Shown here piece by piece: positions 36,934-49,367 of a DNA stretch of 64,000 bases (its first letter is position 1; every line of letters begins with the position of its first letter). The notes beneath the pieces are model-generated. The model had not been told where the DNA came from. It searched no databases and was given only the letters and a program-made list of their open reading frames with translations. The stretch comes from Mobula hypostoma (lineage: Eukaryota), in NCBI RefSeq assembly GCF_963921235.1, contig NC_086097.1:175710001-175774000 (forward strand). The letters are read 5' to 3'. A program made the position numbers and the translations under genes.

Positions 36934-39900
36934 ACAGCAGTGTACTCAAGAAAACATGAATTGTATACAAGTTTTGCAAGAACACAGTTAAGCTAAAACT
37001 AAGTCCATTGTAGTACAAAGTGATCAAAATGGTCATAGTATTGCTACAAGGAGGTAATTATTAGAATTATGCATTTTGGTTCAAGAATTGGTTGAAGAGA
37101 AGCAGCTGTTTTTGAACCTAGTGGTGTAAGACGAAAGACTTCTGTACCTTTTGCCTGATGGTAGCCAGAAGAAGATGGAATGGCCTGGTTGTGGGGATAC
37201 TTGATGGATGTTGCTATATACCTTATGTAGCCACTTAGGATAGTAGATAGTGATGTACCCGTAATGTATTGGGTAGAGTACACTACCCACTGCAGCTTCT
37301 TGCGTTCTTGTGCATTGGAGTTGCTGTACCAGATCATGATGTCACCAGTCAGGATACTTTTAACAGTACGTTTGTGAAGTTTATTTTTGTTGGTGTCATG
37401 CCAAGCTTCTTTAACCTTTTAAGTTCCATAAACCTGTTCATTTTCATCGTCTGTTGAACACTAGTTCAAAACTGTATTAAATCAAAGGAAACTATGCTAT
37501 CTTAAAGATAAAATCTGTATTTGAAGAATTTATTATAAATAATTATGACTAGAGTTTGCTTTTTGGATGTTTAATAGACCAGTAATTTTATTCATTAATC
37601 GTTTATGCAGTTTGTCTTTTGTGTGGTTATGGATTTGTAGTGAGACAATTAAAGGAATTTGCTTCACTACATGATCAACAAACATGTTCCATCTATGTGA
37701 TGCTTCCTTGTGGGACATAGAAGGGTTTGGTCAGTTTCAATGACTGAACACAAGATGAAGTTGTCCTTCATTGAGCAGTATCTGACTTGTAGCTCCTTTT
37801 CAAAATTAGGAGATAGTAAATTTACTATGTTACTGAACCTTAGGATTGCAGATGCTGGAAATCAAATTGAATCAAAAATACTCAACTGGTTGTGTGGCAT
37901 CTGCAGTGAGATAAAGTTAATAGTGCATGCCAGTAGCTTCTCATGTGAATCATCCATTTGGTTTGCTGCTGAGAAAGAATTACTGCAACATTCCAGTTTT
38001 TCAACATCTGAGAAACTTTAAAGGAATCCACAGTATGTTGAACTGAACACAATAATCTGCAGACGCTGGAAATCTGCTCCAATTTGCCTATTGTCACAAC
38101 AGGTCCACAGCAGACTCCAGTTCATTGGCTCTTCACTCAACCCTGGAACATCTGGACAGCAATTCATCGGGATGCTCTTTATCGGCTGCAGCTCAGCATT
38201 CAGTACTATCATCCCTTTAAAAGTAATTAAGTTTCAAAACCTTGGCCTCAATATTTCCTTGTACAGTTGGATCCTCAATTTTTCTCACTTGCAGACCCCC
38301 AGTCAATTTAGATTGGCAATGACATCTTGTTCACGACCTCAATCAGCACAGGTGCACTATGAGGCTGTGTGCTTAACCCCCTCCAATGCCATATTTAATT
38401 TGCTAATGTCACTACTATCTTTGGCCGAATCAAATATGGTGATGAATCAACATATAGGAGGATGATTGAAAATCTGGCAGAGTGATGCCACACAACCACC
38501 TCACTCAGTGTCAACAATACCAAGCAAGTGATTATTGACTTAATGAGTTGGAAACAGGAGGTCCATGAGTCAGTCCTATCAGGGGAGAGGGCCAGCAACT
38601 TTAAATTCATGTGTTATCAGTTCAGAAGATGTGTCCTTGGCCTTGCACATTGCCTATAAAAAGTATTCACCCCCTTGATCTGTTTTCTCAATTTACAACA
38701 TTGAATCACAGTGGATTTAATTTGGCTTTTTTGACACTGATCAACAGAAAAATACTCTCGTGTCGAAGTGAAAACAGATCTCTAAAAGTGATCTAAATTA
38801 ATTACAAATATAAAACACAAAATAATTGATTGCATGTATTCTCCTCTTCCCCCCCCCCCTTAATATGACACCCAAATCATTACTGGTGCAGCCAGCTTTA
38901 GAAGTCATATAATTAATTGGAGATCTGTGTTTCAGTTGATGGGAGTAAAAATACACCTGTATCTGGAAGGTCCAGCTACTGGTGAGTCAGTACCCTGACA
39001 AAAACTGCACCGTGAAAACTAAAGCACACTCCAAGCAACTCTGAAAAGGTTGTTGAAAAGCACGAGTCAGGAGATGGATACAAGAAAATTTCCAAGTCAC
39101 TGAATATCCCTTGGAGTACAATTAAGTCAATCATCAAGAAATGGAAAGAATGTGGCACAGTAGGCAGCCCTCAGATACTGACTGTGCAAGAAGGGGACTA
39201 TTATTGAGGGAGGCCACCAAGAGACCTATGGCAACTCTGGAGGAGTTGCAGGCTTCAGTGGCTGAAACTGCGCATACATCTGTTGCCCATTTGTAGCTTT
39301 ATGGGAGAATGGCAAAGAGAAAACCACTGTTGGAAAAACCTCACACAAAATCTTGGCCAGAAGGCATGTGGGAAACTCTGAAGTCAGCTGGAAGAAGGTT
39401 TTATGATCTGATGAAACTAAAATTGAACTTTCTGGCTATTAGACTAAACACTATGCGTGGTGTAAGCCAAACACTGCACATAATCAAAAATGCACCATTC
39501 CTACTTGAAGCATGGTGCTGGCTGCATCATGCTATAGGGATGCTTCGCTGCAGCAGGCCCTGGAAGGCTTGTGAGGATAGAGGGTAAAATGAGTGCAGCA
39601 AAATACAGGGAAATCCCGGAGGAAAACCTGATGTAGTCTGCAAGAGATATATGACTTGGGAGGAGTTTTCCAGCAAAGACAATGACCCCAAGCATAAAGC
39701 TGAAGCTACACAGGAATGGCTTAAAGACGACAAAATTAATGTCTTGGAGTGGCCAAGTGAGAGTCCAGAGCTCAATCCAATTGAGAATTTGTGGCTGAAC
39801 TTGAAAAGGGCTGTTCACTCATGATCCCCGTGCAATCTGACAGAGCTTGTGCAGTTTTGTAAAGAAGGATGGAGAAAAATTGCAGTCCAGATGTGCAAAG

Positions 39901-40074
39901 CTGATAGAGACTTATCTATACAGACTCAAGATTGTCATTACTGCCAAAGGTGCATCTACAAAATATTGAGTTGAAGGGTGAATACTGATGCAATCAATTA
40001 TTTTGTATTTTATGTTTGTAATTAATTTGGGTCACCTTTGTAGAGATCTGTTTTCACTTTGACATGAAGTTCCC

Positions 40075-43000
40075 TGACACAGTGGTGTCAAAAAAACCAC
40101 CTTTCCCTCAGTGTTGCAAAAACAGAGGAGCTGGTTGTGCACTACAGGAGGAATGGAGACAGGCTAGCCCCTATTGACATCAGTGGATCTAAGGTTGAGA
40201 CGGTGAACAGCTTTAAGTTCCTCGCTATAAACATCACTGAGAATCTCGTGGTCTGTACATACTGGCTGTGGTGAAAAAGGCACAACAGCGCCTCTTTCAC
40301 CTCAGACAGTTGAAGTTTGGTGTGGGGCCCCCAATCCTAAGAACTCTCTATAGGGGCACAATTGAGAGCAGCCTGACTGGCTGCATCACTGCCTGGTATG
40401 GGAACTGTACTTCCTTCCCTCAATCGCAGGACTTTGCAGAGAGTGATGTGGACAGCCCAGTGCATCTCTTGATGTGAACTTCCCACTAGTCAGGACATTT
40501 ACAAAGACTGGTGTATAAAATGGGCCTGAAGGATCATTGGGGAACCGAGTCACCCCAACCACAAACTGTTCCAGCTGCTATCATCTGGGAAATAGTACCA
40601 CAACATAAGCCAGGACCAATAGGCTCCAAGACAGCTTCTTCCACTAGGCCATTAGACTGCTTAACTCATGCTGACACAACTGTATTTCTGTTATATTGAA
40701 TGTCCTGTTGTGCATAATATTTATTATAAATTACTATAATTGCACATTTAGACAGATCTAATGTAAAGATTTTACTCCTCATGTATTTGAAGGATGTAAG
40801 TAATAACTTGCTTCAAAAAGGCAACAATTATATCAGTGCCTAAGAAGAGTAAAGTGAGCTGCCTTAATGACTATCACCCGGCAGCACTCACATCTACAGT
40901 GATGAGATGCTTTGAGAAGTTGGTCATGACTAGACTAAACTTCTGCCTCTGTAAGGACCTGGACCCATTGCAATTTGCCTATTGCCACAATAGGTCAACG
41001 GCAGATCAATCTCAATGGCTCTCTACGTGCCTTTAGACCACCTGGACACCACAAACACCTCCAGTGGCATGCAAAAGTTTGGGCACCCCTGGTCAAAATT
41101 TCTGTTACTGTGAATAGTTGCGTAGAAGATGAACTGATCTCCAAAAGTCATAAAGTTAAAGATAAAATGTTCTTTTCAACATTTTAAGCAAGATTATTTT
41201 TTGTTTTGTACAATTTTAGAGTGGGGAAAAAAGGAAAGGAGCACCATGCAAAAGTTTGGACACCCCAAGAGATTTGAGCTCTCAGATAATTTTTACCAAG
41301 GTCTCAGACCTTATTTAGCTTGTTTGGGCTATGGCTTGTTCACAGTCATGGTTAGGAACGGCCTGGAGATGCGAATTTCAAAGCTTTATATATACCCTGA
41401 CTCCTCAAACCTTGTCCCAACAATCAGCAGCCATGGGCTCCTCTAAGCAGCTGCCTAGCACTCAGAAAATTAAAATAAATGATGCCCACAAAGCAGGAGA
41501 AGGCTATAAGATGATAGCAAAGCGTTTTCAGGTAGCTGTTTCCTCAGTTCATAATGTAATTAAGAAATGGCAGTTAACAGGAACAGTGGAGGTCAAGTTG
41601 ACTAAGGAAACTTTCCGAGAGAACTGCTCGTAGGATTGCTAGAAAGGCAAATCAAAATCCCCGTTTGACTGCAGAAGACCTTCAGGAAGATTTAGCAGAC
41701 TCTGGAGTGGTGGTGCACTGTTCTACTGTGCAATGACACTTGCACAAATATGACCTTCATGGAAGAGTCATCAGAAGAAAACCTTTCCTGCATCTTCACC
41801 ACAAAATTCAGCATCAAAAGTTTGCAAAGGAACATCCAGACAAGCCTGATGCATTTTGGAAACAAGTCCTGTGGACTGATGAAGTTAAGTTAGAACTTTT
41901 TGGCTGCAATGAGCAAAGGTATGTTTGGAGAAAAAAGGGTACAGAATTTTATGAAAAGAGCGCCTCTCCATCTGTTAAGCACAGTGGGGGGGGGTGGGGT
42001 GGGGGGGAGGTGGATCGCTCATGCTTTGGGCTTATGTTGCAGCCAGTGGCATGGGGAACATTTCACTGGTAGAGGGAAGAATGAATTCAATTAAATACCA
42101 GCAAATTCTGGAAGCAAACATCACACCGTCTGTAAAAAAGCTGAAGATGAAAAGAGGATGGCTTTTACAACAGGATAATGATCCTAAACACACCTCAAAA
42201 TCCACAATGGACTACCTCAAGAGGCGCAAGCTGAAGGTTTTGCCATGGCCCTCACAGTCCCCTGACCTAAACATCATCGAAAATCTGTGGATGGACCTCA
42301 AGAGAGCAGTGCATGCAAGATGGCCCAAGAATCTCACAGAGCTGGAAACCTTTTGCAAGGAAGAATGGGCGAAAATCCCCCAAACAAGAATTGAAAGACT
42401 CTTAGCTGGCTGCAGAAAGCGTTTACAAGCTGTGATACTTGCCAAAGGGGGTGTTACTAAGTACTGACCATGCAGGGTTCCCAAACTTTTGCTTCGGGCC
42501 CGTTTTCTTTTTTGTTGTTTTGAAACTGTAAAAGATGGAAATAAAAAAAAGTAATCTTAAGATATTAAAGAGATGTGTCATCTTTAACTTTATGCCTTTT
42601 GGAAATCAGGTCATCTTTTACTCGCTTAGCTATTCCCAGTAACAGAAATTTTGACCGGGTGCCCAAACTTTTACATACCACTGTATGTCAGGATGCTGTT
42701 CATCGATTATAGTTCAGCATTTACTACCATCATTCCCACAATCCTGAATGAGAAGTTGCAGAACCTGGGCCTCTGTACCTCCCTCTGTAATTGGATCCTT
42801 GACGACCTAACTGGAAGACAACAATCTGTGCGGATTGGTGATAACATCTCCTCACTGACGATCAACGCTAGTGCATCTCAGAGGTGTGTGCTTAGCCCAC
42901 TGCTCTACTCTCTATATACCCATGACTGTGTGGCTAGGCATAGCTCAAATATCATCTATAGATTTGCTGACGTACAGGAGTGAGATATGCCAACTAGTGG

Positions 43001-43807
43001 AGTGATGCCGCAGCAACAACCTGGCACTCAACGTCAGATGAAAATGCTGATTGTGGACTTCAGGAAGGGTAAGATGAAGGAACATATACCAATCCTCATA
43101 GAGGGATCAGAAGTGGAGAGAGTGAGGAGTTTCAAGTTCTTGGGTGTCAAGATCTCTGAGGATCTAATCTAGTCCCAACATATCAATGTAATTATGAAGA
43201 AGGCAAGACCATGGCTAAACTTCATTAGGAGTTTGAGGAGATTTGGTATTTCAACAAATACACTCAAAAACTTCTATAGATGTACCATGGAGAGCATTCT
43301 GACAGGCTGCATCACCATCTGGTATGGGGGGGGGGCTGCTCTACAGGACTGAATGAAGTTGCAGAGGGTTGTAAATTTAGTCAGCTCCATCTTGGGTACT
43401 AGCCTACAAAGTACCTAGGACATCTTCAAAGAGCGGTGCCTCAGAAAAGCAGCGTCCATTATTAAGGACCCCCAGCACCCAGAGTATGCCCTTCTCTCAC
43501 TGTTACGATGGGACAGGAGGTAGAGAAGCCTGGAGGCGCACATTTAGCGATTCAAGAACAGTTTCTTCCCCTTTGCCATCCGATTCCTAAATGGATATTG
43601 AACCCTTGGACACTACCTCACATTTTTTAATATATAGTATGTTTTTTGCACGATTTCTAATCAATTCAATATATATATATATGTAGTATAAAGTATTCTG
43701 AATAAGATTTACTTATCATTTTAATTTTTTTCTTCTATATGTATTGCATTGAACTGCTGCTGCGAAGTTAACAAATTTCACGTCACATGCCGGTGATAAT
43801 AAATCTG
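40075..43807 (+). mobile_element. Two Rex/Babar LINE fragments nested in the Tc1-A right TIR (40075-40806; 40807-43807)
   Basis: [70 protein letters not shown]. The second is inserted in the tail of the first (AATAA at 40802-40806 and 43808-43812). Confidence 0.8.
41062..42683 (+). mobile_element. Tc1-like transposon B, full-length (1.62 kb), frameshifted transposase 41433-42467
   Basis: ~200-bp TIRs CAGTGGCATGCAAAAGTTTGGGCACCC.. / ..GGGTGCCCAAACTTTTACATACCACTG-TA with internal direct repeats. Catalytic motifs WTDE, QDNDPKH, SPDLNIIENLW. Inserted at a TA in the Rex RT. Confidence 0.93.
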
Positions 43808-45394
43808 AATAAAGTCAATTTCTATTGATCAGTGTTTTTAAAAAAAAGCCAAATTAAATCCACTGTGATTCACTGTTGTAAAGCAATAAAACATGAAAAC
43901 TTCCAAGAGGGGAGAATACTTTTTTTAAAGGAATCGTAGGTGCAATTACGAATAAAACATAGCAGCACCTCTACTTAGAAGTTTGCAAAAACTCGGCATG
44001 ACATTAAATACTTTGACAAACCTCTGTAGATGTGGAGTGTATATTGACTGGTTGCATCACAGTCTGATATAGAAACACCAATACCTTTGAATTGAAAATC
44101 TTACCAAAAGTAGTGGATGCAGCCCAATCCATCATAAAGCTCTCCTTTCCATTGTTGCTGCCATTAGGTAGGTACAGGAGCTTCAGCACTCGCACCACCA
44201 GGTTCAGTAACAGTTATTACCCCTCAACAACCAGGCTCTTGAACAAGTGTGAATACCTTCATTCAACTTCACTTACCAAAAAATAAGCTGTTCCCACAAC
44301 CTATATACTCTCTTCATCTCCTGTTCTCTGTTGTTTATTTATTACTATTTTCTCTCATGCATTTGCACATTTTGTCTTTTGCACATTGGCTGTTGGTCCA
44401 ATCTGTTACATGTGGTCTTTCATTGATTCTATTTTGGTTCTTGGATTTATTGAGCATGCCTGCAAGAAAATAAATCTCAGGGTTGTATATAGTGATATGT
44501 ATGTACTTTGATAATAAATTAACTTTGAATTGAAATCTTGAGTGAAATACTGGAGGAACTGAGCAAGTTAGGCAGCATCTATGGAGGGGAATAAAGTTCA
44601 AAGTAAATTTATTATTATAGTGATATATGTTACCATATATGACTCTGAGTTTTTCTTGTGGGTATTCACCGTAGGATAAAGAAATACAATAGAATCAATG
44701 AAAAATTACACAAAGACTGACAACCAATGTGCAAAAAAGATCATCTATGCAAATACTAATAATGATAATAGGTAATTCTACCAAGAACATGAGTTGTAAA
44801 GTCTTTGAAAGTGAGTCTGTAGGTTATGGTGTCAGTTCAGATTTGAGGTGAATGAAGTTATCCACAATGACCTAAAATATTAGCTGTCCTCTTCCCTTGC
44901 CATGTGCTATTTGACTGAGTTCCTCCAGTATTTTGTTTGTTGTCCCCTAATAGAGTATCTGCAGTCTGTTGTCTCCTCTGTGAATATTACACTCTACCAG
45001 CTTCTCTTGATTTGCCTTAGTGCATAACTCTATTACTTTCCTGCTGTCAGTGCTTGTCGGAGAGGGTAAACTAATCAGAAGTCCCTGCTGTTGCAGAGAC
45101 GAGATCAATGTTCCTATCCTTGAGCATGGTGGTACATGCTTTCAGGCTTTTCTACCTTCTGCCCAGTGGAAGAAGAGAGAACGTCAGGGGGCTTTGATTA
45201 TTTTGTCTGCTTTACTAAGACAGAGGGAAGTATCGGGGTCCATGGTAGGAAGTTGGTTTCTGTGTTATGCTGAGCTCTGCCCACAACTCTGTAGTTTTTT
45301 TTGTGATTGCAGGCAGGGCAATTGTCACACTGTGAGGCATCTAGATAAGATGCTTTCTCTGGTGCATTGATTAAAAATTGGTAAGGGTTGTTAC

Positions 45395-45647
45395 ATGTGC
45401 ATGGAGCAAGAACAGCAACAGTAGTGTGATTAAGTTTTTACTGAGTCATGTTAGTAACAGTAAGTGCTGGGCAACTTGTAGTGTGGGTGCTACAAATTGA
45501 GCCTGCCGAGACACAAAAAGTGCACTCAAAAGCCTATGCCAAAAGTGCGCGACTCCCATGTGTAGGAAGCCCAGTCGATTCACCATGTGATTAAGCAGTT
45601 GCATGCACACGTCGCATTCGCGCAGTCAATCCAATATTGTTGAAGGG
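45395..45647 (+). mobile_element. Possible piggyBac 3'-end fragment
   Basis: Ends AGGG-TTAA; Cys-rich remnant CQKCATPMCRK resembles the piggyBac C-terminal domain. Left end not found. Confidence 0.4.
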
Positions 45648-48600
45648 TTAATAGGACACACCAATTTTTTTTTAGCCTCCTGAGGAAGTGAGGATGAAAT
45701 ATTCTTCCTGTATTCCCATCACTTGGAGATTCTACCATTAACCTACCTGCTAGTGTAAACTAACCTATCTAGTCACACGTATGTAGAAGGGAACTGCACG
45801 ATCTGGAAAACATCCATGGTCATGGAGAAGATGCTGAATTCACATAGCTTCATTTTTGTACCAGCTACTCTGCAGTGTGGTTCCTATCTGAACGATTTTG
45901 TCTCTTTTATTTTCAAATTATTAAACCTGTTTTTGTCATTATGCTTAGCAACACAAATATTGTATTTGCTCACATCTATTTCATACTGCATCTTCCTTTA
46001 TAAATGTGATCATTATATACTATATTGAGACTGAAACTGTCATGTTTGGCAGATATTTAATAGAAAAGGATTCATAATGAATATGAAAGCAACATCCTAC
46101 ATAAAGTGAGCCAACTGTAAAGTATTTATGCATTCAGAATTTTAGTTTACTGAATTAAAATGCATCAAGGTAGAACTGGGTTACAGCAAAATACAGTATT
46201 AATGATGCTTGTTTCCAGCAATTATACATATTATGCTATATGAACAGAAACTGGTAGACGTTTTCAGATCAGGCAGCTTTGGTGAAGAGAGAAACAGCAT
46301 TCTGGAGCAGCATTCTTTTTCAGATTTCCCACACCTGCTGTGTTTTGCTTTTGGTAGCCTCAGTAATGGAACTGTCAGCAGTGTCTCAAGGAATACTATA
46401 CTTGTGGTTGAATTGAGCAAGCTTTGCAGATTTCATAATGACAGTATAGAATTTTCACATCACAGGACTTGTCCTGTTAAACCTGCCTTAGAAATTGATA
46501 AGCAGAACTGACTGAAGTTCAGTACCTGGTATTACTTCAAACCTATGATTGCAAAGAGCTTTCTGTACATTAATAAACCTTAGATGTATATTGATCCCCA
46601 GATATGTGGAAAAATTTACAAAGATTCATGACCAGAAATGTGCTAAATTTTATTAGAAATATTGATTCTTTTGTCATGTGCCTCCAAAGTACCCCGAAAC
46701 CACATCCTTAATAATGTAATTTAACATCGTCCCAACCTGAGTTTAGGCTAACTGGCCTATTCTGCCTCCCTCCCTTCTTGAATAGCGGAATAGCAATTGC
46801 AGTTTTCCAGTCCTCTGGAACTATGCCAGATTCTATTGATTCTTGAAAGATCATTTCTGATGTCTCCACAATTTCTTCAGCTACCTCTTTTAGAACCCTG
46901 GCATATAGTCCATTATGTCTAGGTGACTTATGTACCTTCAGCCCTTTCAGATTCCCAAGTGCCATTTCCAGAATAATAGTAACTGTATTCACTTCTACCC
47001 CTTGACACACTCGAACTTCCAGAATACTACCAGAGTGTTCCACAGAGAAGACTGATGCAAAATACTTACTCAGTTTCCCCGCCATTTCCTTGTCCCCATT
47101 ACTCTCTTTCCAGCATCATTTTCCAGAGTTCCAATATCTACTCTTGCCTCTCTTTTACTCTTGTACATCTAAAAAATATTGGTAAAGTTTGGTATCATCT
47201 TGCGGCACTTCAACAGGTAGGTAGTTATCTCGGTTTCCTTGATGTTACTGTTATGTTTTGTAAGGCCAAAACATGAAACTAATTGAAAGCAAAAACAGAG
47301 CCAAGAATGCATGTCTTCATTCTGTTTTTACTTTAATTGAGGTGCGCACTTATGAAGTGATGGCGTAATGATGTATGCCGTTCACATTTTTACATATATC
47401 CTGTAATGAATTATTTAAACAGCAAAGAATGCTTAATAAATTCACAGCATTACTCAACTATTACTGAAATATTAAATAACACAAGGCAGCATAATTTTAA
47501 GGTGATTTGAGTAAATTACAGGGGAGATGTCAGTGTTCTTTACACTGTGGTAGGTGTGTGGAGTGTCTTGCTGGGGTTATGGTAGAGGCAGATACATTAG
47601 GGGCATTTAAGAGACTCTTAGGCACTTTGATAGAAAAATTGAGAGTTATGTATGAGAGAAGGCTTATCTTGGAGTAGATTAAAAGGTTAGCACCACATGA
47701 TGGACCAAAGGGCCTGTGTTGTACTGTGATGTTCTACATTCTATTGAATTGAGGATAGGAAGGTGGGAGGAGAAGATGGCGACGCAACGCAACGCGTGCA
47801 GCCTCTCCGGTGAAATGATATCGTATTTGTTAAATAGGGGGCCATGCACAATTCTGATTTGATGGTGTTATGTATCCCGTAACTGGGTTGTCAAACCAGC
47901 AGAAATGGATCACTCAGTTGGAGTCTGGATTACTAGAACTAAGAAAGTTTTATTAAAGAAACAAGCAACACAGTACTCTAATCAAAAAGATAAATGCAAC
48001 AGTTCAGCAATGATAAACATACATGTACACAGAATTAAGATAACAGGATCAATCAAACTCTATCGTTGTCTAGGGGTAAATGACCAGTTTCAAAGTGACG
48101 CAAAGTTCAGTTCAATTTAGTTCAGTTCAGTTCGCATTAATCGCTGCCGTGGCGATTGACAGTGGGGGGAAGGAGAGAGAGAGCAAAACGAATGAATATT
48201 CAAGGCTTCCACACAGACCTTCGCAGTCAGCTGTCGGGCGAGTCCTTTGTGATGTCATCTGAGGTCACCGACCGTGACCCCTCTGTTTCCAGATACGATC
48301 GTTTCTCTGCGGTGAACCTAGCACCCAGGCAAGGGTGGACACACACCCAGGTTCCCGCCGATCGTGCCTTTCCACCCTGTGCGTCTATGGCCCGGTACTT
48401 CCCACCGACTTGTGAGAGACGCACCGCTTCCAGGGTCTTGTTACCTCGGGTGTCGTGTGTGTCTTGCCTTAGCGAACCTGTCCCTTTTTATCCCCCTGCT
48501 GGGGTATCGCCTGTCCATCACTTCAAACAGTTTAGGGTTCAAAGGGGGAGCCGATCTTGATAGCTCTCCTTCCCCTTCATTAACATCTCCAAGTGCTGCT

Positions 48601-49367
48601 CCATTGTTTTCCTTATCTCTGTCTCTCCTGAAGACAGGTGGCAGACCAACTGCTGATTCCATTGGTGCCAGCACAGGACAGCTACATCGTAATCTATGTG
48701 TATTCTTGTCACACTTCCCCCCTTTAAGGATTTTTGCCGGGGGTAAAAATTACAAACATGAATACATTATTTGATACACACAAATACACATCTTTATCAG
48801 CTATTTGGCTAATACAGCGAGTTTGAAGTTGTCAACACCTGACAGACAGTCAGCCATCACATTTTCTGTTCCTTTTATATGTGTTGTTAATAATCCCTTA
48901 GACCAGGCTCCAACTTGGCAAACTTCATAGTAGCCAAAAACACTGATGAATTGCGATCAATGTAACCTCTCATTGGGTTTCGTCCCGGACCACAATAACA
49001 AGGGTCGTCCCATTCCGACTTAGTTTTCTGTCGCAAGGGCTTAGTAGGAGGGGGAGGGGTAGTAACCGCAGAGTTATTGCAAAACTCCCTACAGTACCCC
49101 ACCATCTCCAAGAGCCTTCTGAGGGTCCTCTTGTCTGTCGGGGTTGGGATGTCAGCGATAGCCTGCACTGTAGCTTGCATCGCTGCCAGCTGCCCGTGTC
49201 ACCAAAATTCCCAGGTAAGTGACCTTCGTGTGGCCGAACTCATTTTTTTCAAGGTTCACTATCAAGCTGGCTTCAGACAGCCGTATTACATCGCCAGTAC
49301 ACACCTCCGTGTTCGTCAGCCCTTTTGTCACCGAATTACTCATTCTATATGGGTGTTGCCCGCTAGG

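Larger units (their letters stand above)
38648..43936 (+). mobile_element. Tc1-like transposon A (decayed; right TIR split by nested LINEs)
   Basis: Left TIR CATTGCCTATAAAAAGTATTCACCC... Transposase remnants at ~39012-39970 (GDGYKKISKSLNIP, DNDPKH-like, [18 protein letters not shown]). Right TIR in two parts, ~39976-40073 and ~43820-43936. Confidence 0.85.
38085..44530 (+). mobile_element. Rex/Babar LINE remnant split by Tc1-A (pieces ~38085-38647 and ~43939-44530)
   Basis: LQF..MLFIGCSSAFSTIIP on the left; the RT C-terminal region resumes immediately after the Tc1 right TIR. Confidence 0.7.
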
